64,000 nt of DNA. It comes from Fimbriosthenelais zetlandica. Lineage: Eukaryota. The position numbers and the translations under genes were made by a program. Each line of letters opens with the position of its first letter. Position 1 is the stretch's first letter. The notes under the pieces were generated by a model. That model was given only the letters and a program-made list of their open reading frames with translations, made no database searches and was not told the origin of the DNA. Positions 50,392 through 63,000 of the stretch are shown in pieces. The stretch covers positions 30,814,001-30,878,000 of the forward strand of contig OZ365110.1 in assembly GCA_977030845.1 (NCBI GenBank), given 5' to 3'.

Positions 50392-53300
50392 TGATGAGGT
50401 AGATGAGGGTTGGTTGCTCTTCCTCCAGGGTATAAGGGTATTGAGGGGGAGGATAAGGAGGAACGCCCACTGCTCACGCCCTCCAGGCCTACCAGCATTA
50501 CCTTAATTGCACTGAGATATCCAAGAATTTCCTGGAAGGGGGAGTGCTTTAAAAATGGCAAATGGGGGCCAATCCTATATGCACTGATATGTAGCATTTT
50601 GCATTAAACTTACCTGTATAAAAACCTGGGGGACAGTTCGGATATTAGAGTCTGTTGAATTCGGAACAAAATTGTAATCATTCCCCAGGAACCGTTATTC
50701 AAATATTTCCAATAGTTTTTGCATTGCCCTTTCATTAAGTTCTATCCATATTCTTAGGAAAACATTATAGAACAGACACCTGGTAGGTAGGGTAGGGGGT
50801 TGGACACGTCACAGCCATCTGCCCCACCCATCCAAGTCACCATCAGTCTCTCTGGTGCAAGTCTTGAGAAGTAGTTAAAATTGCTACGTGCTGAAGGTTG
50901 GGGTTGGCTATGGGGTGGCCCCAGTAACTATGCCCATTAGTGAACACTTGCTGGGATCACTACACATCTCCTTTCCCACACTAGTTGTCAAATCGATCAC
51001 TTCGTTAATCTCCAATACGTTGACTAAATGTAAAGTTTTCTTGATCGATCTACCTATCAGATTTTATAGTAGATTTCAATGAATTATAATTCTGTCCCTT
51101 GAATGTTTTCCGTTCATGATCCTTTCTTCCATTCAATTTCACACCACAAATGTGTATTCCTATAATTCCCTTCTTGATAATAAATCATCACTGATAAAAG
51201 TACGAGGAATGATTATTAAACTTTACATGGGAACAAAATATTGTTAAAAAACACTATAAAACTACTATCACAATTTATAAAAAGGGAGGCTAAAATAAAA
51301 TATCATTAAACAGATTGGCAATAGGTCACATGTCATTGAGAATTGCAATTCTTAGACCTTAATTGTGAAGCAAAATTGAGATTGATTCATACGATGAAAG
51401 AAAAAGTGATACGGATTAAAATGGGGGTTATTATCTTCAACAGTAAAGGCATGTAACTGATTCCAGGAGTCAACATGCCCAGAAGCCCTTCTTAACCAAT
51501 TCTAGGTCAGTGAGCATGCGTGTTTGGAGACACTCTGACTTCTCTATGCCCCGTCCTACATAGCCCCACATCTGTCTCCCTCAGTCAGATGTCTCCAATC
51601 ACCTCCGGGCAAAACAAAGAACTGGAGAACGCGAGACTTCCGGTCGCATTTCCGGTAGCAAAAGTTTCACCCTTCTCTGCGGCGCGGTGCTTTTTTTTCG
51701 CGTGTGCCTCTGCGTGTTTGGGGTGAGAGGTCAGTGGGGCTTGGGGAGAGAGCGTCTCTCAGTCGTTCTTCTGTGTCACTGACTATTCGACCCAGCCCCC
51801 CACTTTTCTGCTATTGTAGCACAGTGGTGTCTCTGCTTTCATAGCCAGTGGACAAAATGCCCCCTCCCCTCGTTTTTACCACGGGTTCCTCAAGCTCGCT
51901 GTAGCAATTCTGTTCGACCAGAAACTAGAAGCTGGTATTTTCTGCCCCTGCGGCCTGGTTTGATGTGTGTAACTGACACCGAGATTTAGTAGAATACGGA
52001 CTACAGCTCAATTCACCCCTTCTTGACTGTCAGATTTAGTTCTGATAAGCCGGATTAAGAGCAGCAAGGATGAAGTACTTTCTCCTGCAGGGACAAGACT
52101 ATAAATTGTATATTGCATGCAGGCATGATACGCCCTTTTTCTTGCCAATGAACTGCCAGATGGAAGTAACTGAAAATATGTCCGTATAATATATACCAGT
52201 AGTTGTAGTTGACAAAATATAAAACAAGTCCTAAAATATAAGAACAATAACTAGATGACGTAAGCTGACATCATTTTACACCTGAGATCTTTACAATCTG
52301 TCATAAGTCAGTCCGTGATATCTTAATCGACTTGTGATTAAAAAAAACGACACATATAATTATAGATCTGCTAATTTTCCTATCTAAATGCCTTGGATTG
52401 TATAGGCAGAAAAAGTTCTTGTCTTACATCCCTCATCCCACCACCAGCCATCCCCAATGTTTTATGTCCCCATCTCCTGTATGTTGCCAATCATTTGCCT
52501 GCTATGCGCTGATGAAGAGGGAGTTGTCTCTCAGGGCTGACGCTAATCCCTGCTGTACTTCCCCACCCACAGCGGCGCAATGATACACAAGCCGGCAGGA
52601 AAACCCTCCGCCACAAAATTAAGTAGACAGGAAGGGATGGCGCCTATGGTGAGGTGTTTTATACAAGTTGTGTTAATATAGTTTCCTTTTTCTCCATTAC
52701 ATTTGAAGCCCGTCACTTAAGAAACGTCGGTGCATAAATTTCAAAATGTCGTTTCCAACACCTGTATTTTTGATAATTATGCTGCTTTAACAAAATCAAA
52801 TTTTAAAATAGTTAGATTATGAAGATTCAACAGTAGGTTTTCTAAGAGGCGAGGAAGTGAGGCAAATGATTAAACGTTCCCTATACATTGTTTCTGAAAA
52901 TGACTATATTTCAATTGGGTCAATTTCAAGAGCGACGTATATAAGAACTGCATTTCATAACTTGAAAAAAATGGTCATAATCGTGAATGTTCATGTTGGA
53001 GGTAGGCTAAATATGTCCTTCATTGAACCTTGAGGAGAAGGTGTAGGTTCATAAAGTGTAAATTACTTCACAGTATGGGACTATATAGCTGGAGGCGAGA
53101 ACTCGTGTACCTACATCATTCTCTAATTTACAGTGGAATAATTATGTACTCTTCTCTCACCTGGTGGTAAATGGCTGCCTAACCTACATGCCCTTTAAAC
53201 ATAACTTAACCATAACTTGTTTGTCATAACACTTAACCAATGGAATAAAGCCATTGAGTCAGCCTTGGTTTGCTTGGTAGGCAGCTTACATTGGTTCCAC

Positions 53301-53939
53301 CATGTATCCACTTTCCCTTTCGACGCCCCCTTGTGGCCAACCAGAGAGCTTGCAAAAATTACTTTTTCTGATTCACGTCATCGTTCTACGCAAGTCAAAG
53401 CTAGTCTTATTTCTAGGCGTGGATTTCCAAATTAAAGGATGTCCCAGTATCCCTTGAAGTCCCCCTTGCCTGCCCCACCCCGTCATTCCAATGCCATCCT
53501 GTCAACGTCAGAGACCCTCAATGTGTCAATGGATTCAGCTGGCTGATATGGAAGGCTAAATTCAATCATTCATGCTATATTAATTAACGTTTGATAAGAA
53601 TAGCAACCAATATTCTTGCCTCGCATTTACTGGACATATCAATTCCCTCGCGCATATGAGTGCCAATCAATGCATTGGCTGGGAGCCTTTTAATCTTGTC
53701 CTATGCAACTGACTGAATATCATTAGCTCTCAATTTTAATGCATAGAATTGGGTACGTATAGGGGAAAATGAGGCAAGAAAAATTAAAGCAGTCTGGAAT
53801 GATCCCCAACGCCAACCATTGCTTTCAAGTGAAAAACAAAATGGTAGTTTTGTGAATAAAATGAATTACAAACTGCTCGCCATAATTGGGCAGGGAGGAT
53901 ACACATTAGCGCAGTGACTGCTGGGATAGGTATGATTCC

Positions 53940-54090
53940 TAGCTTTGACCCAGGGTGGCGCTCCCGCGACCTGCGCGCGCACCTTTCTCACCTCCGGGAC
54001 GACCCCCTTCCGGTGTGGTCGCCATGGCGACGCAGGCGATAACCCCGCCCTGTCCCTGACCCGGCAACAAATTGCAACAAGACTGAGAGA
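53940..54090 (-). promoter_or_regulatory. GC-rich islet: candidate distal promoter and first exon
   Basis: Minus-strand Inr-like TCAGTCT (54086-54080), GC-box-like GGGCGGGG, GCCATGG at 54025 inside the palindrome GTCGCCATGGCGAC, and a strong donor GAG|GTGAGA at 53992/53991. Confidence 0.4.
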
Positions 54091-57000
54091 AATGCCACTA
54101 CAGGAATGAGACCCCTGACCCCAGATAATAGAAGTATTCAGCAAATAACACTAGTTCTCAATATTAAAAGCCTGATTTCCTTCCTACCAATCCTCAAAAG
54201 GGATTCCCTAATAAAAATATAAAATAATGCCTTCATGTTCAGATCATATTTTACATACTGTAGGCCTACTTGAGCAGATGCACAAATATGATATAAATGT
54301 TCACGTGATATCCTACAAAAGTGTATAATATGTAAACTTAACTTGGTAATTATATGTAAATTGATTATGCTGCATGTGTACTAAGAAACGGGAGCCACCA
54401 ATTATTTTCCGCCTGTGTAGGCTAAATGTTCTGTTAGATTAAGCCAGTAACCTACACCTCAGTATAACATAGCAATCATATTAGGCAACATAACAAACAT
54501 TGTCTCTTTCTCATCTAGTTCAACACAACCATTTCTAATTTCAACAGGATACCTGAAGTTGTTGTGATCCGAGGCGGTTTCATAAAAGGCCAATGCTGAT
54601 AAACAAAAATATATTTTAAATCGACCGAGTGTTAAAAAAAAGGTATGGCTTGAAGCGATTTACGTGAAAGCAAAATGGCCTATTGACTCATGGCGCACAT
54701 TTCTATTATGAAACAGTCCCTGTGGGATTTGTGGATTGGTGAGGCCGCGCGTGACTGAGAGAAATACTAATGGAAGATTACTGCTGCTTTCTACGCAAGT
54801 CGTGATCATCAGTACACAATCAGTACAGGACATCTCCAGGTGGTGGGGGGAAATAGTGAGAGATTATGGGAAGGGGTGAGAGAGGGAGGGTGGGGAAGAG
54901 GCAACCACTGGCTGACCCACGAGAAGGCCTTTGGGGCAGGCACCCATTCATCTCCTCCCTGGTTATTTTTTCACCTTATTCCCAGGCTTCCCCCACCCCA
55001 TTCCCTCTCAAATACCTCCCCTCCCCTCCCATTTCCAATTGATAGGTTCAGGTGAAAGTATGCGAATCATTCCACCCATTAAATCCAGCCATTATTCTGC
55101 ATATAGAAGGCGCGTGCCACCCATTGTTGGGCATGGTTTCAGGTGACCCCCTCACGCCACGGGGGAAGAAAAGACCATTTCCTCTCCCACCCCCACCCCC
55201 ACCATCACCCCCTCCTCCAGCATGCCTCATGCCTTGCTTCAGTGTCCTTGAGGGGAAGCCGAAATGTTGTAAGTACATTACCAACCGGCAATAGACAGGC
55301 TTCCATATCTTTTCCCCCTGGTTCAGGGCCACGGCTTCAGCCCACCTGTGCCCTGGAGTGGTCAAGATTGGTCAAGGTTTCTCGGGCAGGGAAAATTAAT
55401 TATGGGCTTCTTGGAACGTGGCTGAAATATTGGTCACTTCTTGGCTTTCTATTACAAGAGCATATAACTACATTAAGTCGTTTCTATAGACAGTATAGTT
55501 AAAACATTGCCCGTATTTTCAGGAATGATCTATTGGAATCTTCTTTCCTTTAGCCTCGTTAATTAGGCGTATAATGGACTTAAGTGTAAAGGAAATCACC
55601 TAGCAGACATAAAAATGACGCTCTAAGTGTGAAAGGCTATCAGTTACGAGGGATAAGGGAGTCATGGAAATAGCACATTTAGTCGATGCTTTTAATTGAT
55701 AAATGCATGTCTCACCATTTGCCCTTAAGGGTAAGGTGGGGGCAATGGCCCTGGTATATCACTCACCATTTGACCCTGTGAGGGCTGTGCTACTCCCTAA
55801 AATTTTATCTGCTCAAATTTAAAGCTGGCCTTTAACAAAAAGTGAGGCCCTTTTTTGAACATGAAAATCATTGATAAATTATCCATATAAAGGATTTCAT
55901 TATTCATAATCCTCTGCTATTTTCAGCAATTGATACTGCGTGTTGCGAACACAAAGAAGGATGATGATAGTAAATGGGGAATAGAGTGCCATAGTTCACC
56001 CTAATCTCTGTCACCCTCCCATAACTTTACACCCTGCTTCATGATGCATCATTTTCATCCCCTGGCCATTCACCAGGTTTATTTACACTAATGAGATAAT
56101 CGTGTCTGGACCTTGGCACCTCACCACAGACAGATGGGTAGGTCATTCGCCCTTTTGCACCTCTTCCCATGACAACCCCGGAAGGGGGCACTTACTTAGA
56201 TTAAAATATTTAGGGCTGTGCTACAGGGAAGATTCTCCCTGAGGGAAGGGTAAGTGTCCCAATAAATAGCGAAATATCGATCTCTGATCCCAAACAGTCT
56301 GTAACATAACAACAATGTTTAGTGCAGGAATAGTGCAGCCAGGCTTAAGGACATAAAAAACTATTCACTTTCTTCTTATATATGGACATTTTGCAATGGT
56401 TCTTTCAGAAGGGTAATTTTAACATTCACTCAATGAGCACTTATTTGAGCAAGAAGCCTCAGAAGAAAGTCTTGAAGGGCGGAGTGACCCCCAAACTGAC
56501 CATCCCTCTCCATCTGACAGTTGACCCTTCTGGCTGACCGATCCACAGATGTGATGAGAGAAAGCCTGACCCACGGTGTCCGGAGGCTGATTTAGTGGAC
56601 AGTGGTCAGTCAGGGGCTGGACATTTGTTTTCTCCTCCCTGGAGTGGATCTGATGCTTCCCGGTGACGAGGGCTCACTACCCCGAGGCAATAGACTCGAT
56701 CCCCAAGTCTCGGTTGGGGGTCGGGTGGGGGAAGAAAGGGTTGAGGAAGAAAGGGAACAGCAAAGCAGATTTTACCAGTGGACAAAACAAAAGTACAGCC
56801 ATGGAACTTAAGTTTTTTTCGGTATTTGAAATTACTTAATATAGAGTTGATTACCAACACGTATGATGAACAAAAGCACTAATAGTCTTACTTTCCAAAA
56901 AAAATCATCACTTAAGTTCATATATGTATTGTTTTTGGCGCCATCTTTCTAATATCAATTTTCCTAGAAAAAGCTAAAGGGATAGCCTTTAATTTTCAGC

Positions 57001-60000
57001 CTTGTATGCAAGAGATGAAGGAGGCATATTGATCCTATATAGAAGATTTGACTGGCGTGTGCCACACGCAGGGCTTTATATCTTGAAGCTTGATAAGCAT
57101 ATCATGACAAATAAAAGAGCTTATTTTGTTCAGAGATTGTGTCATCTGCAATTATCTCTGTACTCTTTCTGAAGGATGAGACATCATACATGTACTAAGA
57201 TAGAGGACGTTGACTTTATGGTTGGATTACTGTATTCTGCTATATTGGGGAGGCAGTGGGGGACCACACCACTAAATTGGTCTCAATATTATGTCTTCGG
57301 ATAATTACAGCCCTCTAACATCAGCTGCTTCTAGTTTGGGGACAATATTATGTCTTAGGATATATCACAGTCCCTTTATTTCCAAATCATCCAAGAGGGA
57401 GAATGCCTCTGCCAACCACTCCCCACACCTGTGTTGTCCTTAGCACCGATACTTTGAAGACAGAAAGAATACCTCGGGAGAAGAATAACACCTATTGTCT
57501 ATATAAAGGAACTTGGGGTTCATCCTTAATATCTATACATGCACATTGTATATACACTTACCTTTATCTGCCTGTATTACTGCCTATTGGGTGTATTTGG
57601 TATTTGGGGTTTTTGGTTTTTGTTTTTTGTCTACTGTTCCTTGGCCCGTCTCTGTGTAGTGATGCCTGCCTGTCCTTTAACCTTTGTTATTGTACGTCTG
57701 TCCCTCTATGTTTCCTGAATATAAGAAACCAGAAATTAAATTTCAATAAAATCATATTCCTAAGGTATTGCAGCACGAGGTAAATCAATTGACAATAAAA
57801 CCAAATGTCATCCTAATGTCATTGATATGATAAGAAATATGAGACAAAGGGATGTCCAGAAGATTGTGAAGGACAAGGTATGAGTCATACTTTAATTTCA
57901 ATCCATGCATTGGCCCATTGAAAAAAAAACACAAAATTTTCTGGCTGAATGCCTCCACACAAGTGCATCTCATATTTTCATAACTCTGTCGCCTATTCCA
58001 TTTCCATTCTCATCTACTTGCCTGCCTGTGGGGACCGCTTGAAGGAATCCCCAGTGACAGACCTAACTTATACTGTCCTCCCTTATTCTACTTCCTTCTC
58101 CTGGTGATAGTGAACTAGACTTGCCTTCAATCTCTGTTTCTGTGTCATATTTTCTGTGACACGAAGGTTAGTTATTCACTGGAAGATTCACACATCTACC
58201 AAATGAGGATCAGGGTCGATGCAAGGGGATGAAATATTACCACCTGGCAATAAGAAACCAAACTTATATTGGATTGGAAAATAGCGCATGATCATATTAT
58301 TATCCACATGGGGGCTACATGCCGTCAGTCTCTTTGCTTCTCAGACATTTAAGTTATGTATTCATATAGTTCTATATAGATAACTCTTTTCAAAATGTCA
58401 TGGGGAAATGAAACCTATCGTTACATACTTTTCTCAAAATAAATAGCATATCGAGGTTTTGTGCAAGTCTATGATAACCAAAAGAGACGTAGTGAGAAGA
58501 TTAGATCAATCAGGTAAAATGGCTGGAGAATTCACTTGACTCTGATTGGACCAGTGCGCTGCGTCTCTGCCAGCCCCCTTTTGATTTGCTGGGAGAACAA
58601 TATGTTCACTGCCTTATTTTGAAGACCAATTCTCCTCCTCTCAGTGTCGCGCGAGAAACTCTTAGGCCAAGGGATTCCCTGTTTGCTCGTTCATTTTTCA
58701 TAAACATTTTCGAGCTCATGGGGTTGGTCATACCATTTCGGCTGGCTCTCGCCAAAGTATTTCAAAAGGAAAATAAAATAAGATAATCAAGATTCGCCAT
58801 CACATAACATTTGATATAATCTTGAAGCAGGGAATTTTCCTACCTGCCCTTATCCACTGTGACTCGTTTGCCGAGCGATTGCTTTTTGCTCACGGGGAAG
58901 CTCTGTGTTGGGGGGAAAAGCAGTGTATCTAAATTGTGCACCCATCAAGTCCAATGCTCAGAGCTCGTAGATCAGGGACGGGTGGAAGGACGGGGGCCAT
59001 GTTTTATGACTACTAGAAGTATGAAAAATTCATGTTAGGTTATAAACAACAAGTAGTTCCTGGGACTGCTGATTTTGTCTGCCAATAAGTCACATGCGAG
59101 TGCACCTGGTTCCGAGTAGATGGGATATGGAGGGTGTTTTAGGTAGGCTAATCCAATTAAAGGGGGTAAGGTGGGAGGACAACCATTAAGTGACTAGTAT
59201 ATTGGACAAAGTTATTCAAGGCACAACGTAGTGTATGACACGAGAAAGTACCAATATGTTAAGAACATAAGTAACGTAGGAAAGAACACAAAATGTGCTT
59301 CATTAGCAGAAATGTTACAGTGCTATTGTATAGGGAGTCAAGGATTACCCGGGTAAAGGAATCATTTCCATATACTGCTTTTAGTTTTCGTCGTGTGTTC
59401 TAATACCGTGAAGGGTGAAGCTTTGGCAGGTATACATGTATATATATATTGATATATTTTGAACAATTCATTTCTGTTCAAGTCATGTATGATATTGTGT
59501 CTGAGTGATGATTATCTACGAGGAAACATCAGGATGTCGCCAATATTATAGCCAATATCTTAAGGTGGCAAAAGACGACCAGCTCCTTTATCAGCCTATC
59601 AGTATCACATATGTGCCTCTATTTCTCTTATAACTCAACCTAATCTCCCCGTCCCAAGATCCTTCCCTTTGTCCTCTTCCTTTTCTTTGCAACTTCTGTT
59701 CACGTCCCCTTCCCATTATTATCATTTCACCTTCCCCTGTTCCATTTCATTTAAAAACTCTTCTCTGTCCTATTGTCCCACCTCTTCACAGTACGTGACT
59801 TTGATATAGGCGGGGACCGAGCCAGCCCAAGCCCAGGGCATTTATCCAATACGTCAGGTGAGGCGCGCATCCTCATCCATCAACATGGCAACGCATCATG
59901 AACGGTCCTGCCACCTCCGAGGGGGTCGTGCCCCCCTGGTGGACAATCCCAGAACCTTCACTCAATCCCGACATGCCACTGTCAATGTGTCACGTGGGAT

Positions 60001-63000
60001 CAAGCAGCCTCGACATCATACAAAGGCTTCGTCAGTCTCAGATCTGTCTTAGATTGACCTGTCTTTACTGAAGCCAACCAGTGGCTTCAAAAGGGGGGAA
60101 GCCGGGTGAACAAAATGGTAACCCACAGCTAATAAAGGGTGTCTGGTCTGAGCATGCATATGACCCCTTCGCTTTCCATGAAGCGTCAAGGGCCTGATCA
60201 GATGTAGGTTATATTCTGTAATACTGAATAAAGATATCAAAACAGATGATCTCTGAAATTTGCCTTGAGGTTTTGTTCGATATAAGGACTTAATTAAGGC
60301 TCTTTGCGTTCGAATCAGCATACGATCTGTCATGAAGTTAAGGTCTCTTGAACCCATCCCATTTCCTCCCGGTTCTGGATTTTCCATGACTCCTTTCTGC
60401 CCCCTCCTATCCCTGAGTCTGTTTTTGACATATCAAGGGTGGCCTCCATCAGCCTGGCTTCAGTCTCCACACGTGTCCAGACTACAGATAGACCCATGTG
60501 TGTGTGGCTTCATGGCAATGTGGTTTCAACCAGTAGTGGCTTCAGCCTATACACTGCCTTCTATTTGGTCAAGCAGCTGGTTATCTATGACCAGCAATAT
60601 CAGTGACAGGCTGGTCAGGCTGGGTTAGCCGCTACATGGAGCAGGAAAGTGAGGGTAGTTTGTCAAGCCACCAGATCTGCATCTCAATGGCCACCAAGCT
60701 GGATCTTGTCTATACAGGCAATGCTCGGGCTTCAGATTGATTATACATGGCAGCAGAAGGCAACCTTAAATGCCTTTATTATATGGCCGTATTGCACAGG
60801 GACATTGGCGTGAGACATTTATTTTTAACAGTGTATAGATGTCGGTCAAGATTAAGATTGACTGTCTGGGATGTCAAGGTCATGTTAAAACTTTCTTTCT
60901 CGGTGCAATTATATATCGCCATTAAATACATTTTAATGGTAGTGCAGGATATGTTTAAAGGTAAATTAACTTATAAAATTTAACTTAACTTTATGGATAG
61001 ATTTGTTCCACAACATGTTATACAATAATTGTGTATGACCTCATGGGAAAGCAGTTGGGCTTGTCATGCCGTAATGTCTCAGGGAGTGACGTAATGGTAT
61101 ATATACATGCATCTATATTAAATTTTAAAATAAATGTGCAGGATTGTTCCATGCATGCCTGGTGTTTGCATTGCATGGTGGTCACATTTTTGCATGTCTC
61201 AAAACAAAGAACCAATCTTAAAAAACAAATACCTCATGAATGTATGTTTAGTTGACTCTAGCTGTATATCAGAACCCATGGGCTTGATTGGGATGTATAT
61301 ACGAGCATGAGCCTGCAAACCATTCCACTCGAACAACTTTTATCTTGTTTTCTTTTTTCTCCAATTCTATCACTATTCCATCTGCATGGACTTTCCAGGA
61401 AGGATAGGATTTCTTAGTTTAATTTGTTGAAAAGGAGAGCTAAGAAATAAATCCCTTGTGATCGGCCCTCATTTTCCCTTTCCCCACATTAAATACTGGT
61501 CCAAGAGAACATCATTAAAGTAATTAAAATGAGTTTGTAATATCGGGAATTAAAAAATGTGTGGAAAAGGATGAATGTTGGCACATCTCTGTTTCAGTCT
61601 TCCGGGAAATTGGTGAAAATCCAGGGAGTTCGAGGGCAGGGGATCCAGATCTAAGATTAATTAACATTTACTGAAATAACTAAAGGTTAGGTTGTGTCCT
61701 TTGTCTTATTGACAGTACATGGCATTTTTCAGAGCACAGATGTTGGGCGAGCAATTGTCTTCAGTTGTGAGAAGGGAAACGCCAGTTGCACAGGTGGGAC
61801 CGCTGAAAAAAGTCAGCATCGAGGGGATGGTTTAACATAATTCTGCTTTTATTTTTAAAAGTATTAATTCCCGTCTGTTCTAAAAGAAACTCCACTAATA
61901 TATATGGATACAACCGAGGCACATATGCTGGAATTATATATATGTTTCTCTTAATTGTTCTTTCTCTTGGTCATGCTCTTCCTAGTTCTCTCTTCCTATT
62001 TCTAGTCGCACCTATATAAGAATGATATGGAGGCCTAAAACAACTCCCCAAAGAACTAGGAATGATTCAGTGTCAGGTCATATTAGATGAGAAATTTTTA
62101 AAAAGTGGACCATGCAGCTCATAGTCTCTCCTTTACAATTCACATTGTCTCCCATTTCCCAGGGGCATACTAAAGATGAATATATTTTATGCTCTCTACA
62201 ATTCAAATGACTCCACACTTCGCTCTGGGATGCTTTTATTTTGCTGCGAAATGTGAACACAATGTGCCAGATGTTTGTGCATTGGGATTACACTAAATCT
62301 ATTGAAGAGGGTGATATATTTTATTCATTTTCATTGCCAAATGCGCAAATGCAAACCTAATTGCTCAAGCACTTGCAGATAATTGTATTAAGAAAACGTC
62401 AGTATTTGTGTCCCATTATTCCATACAATGTAATCGCAAGCGGTAAATCTATGACTTCAGTATTGTTTGTTATACAAATCAGCAATTCAGAAGCATGCAT
62501 GCAACACATACAATAACTGAAGATTTGTAAGGTAGACTCATAATGAACCATGCTTTCAAATGGCTTGTCGTCTTTTGCTAAGTCCTAAAAAGCTGCCTGA
62601 CCTCACCATAGCCATATTTTTGCCCCTCTTCTAATCCAGTTTGAACATTATACCACTATTGGGAGTAAACATGGTCTATGTGGGCGTCTACCAGTTAGGA
62701 CTAAATGGCTCTATCAGGAAGCGATAGGCCTACAAGATGTATCGCTAGCACAGCAATGACAATCAGGGGCTGACCAGGCCAGAGGTGAGGGTGAGAAAGC
62801 AGGCCAAAAAGATCACATTCAAGTATCACGTCACAGACAGCTAGAAAGCTAAACCAAAATAGCCTGTTTGTTTTCAGGACCAGTAAGATTTTCTATAGTG
62901 GGAATGCTACTGAATTAGACCAAGCATGAGACTGAGAAACGTTAACAAAACAAAAGGATTTACAGATGAATTTTCAAATCTATCTTTTGGGGTAATCCGT

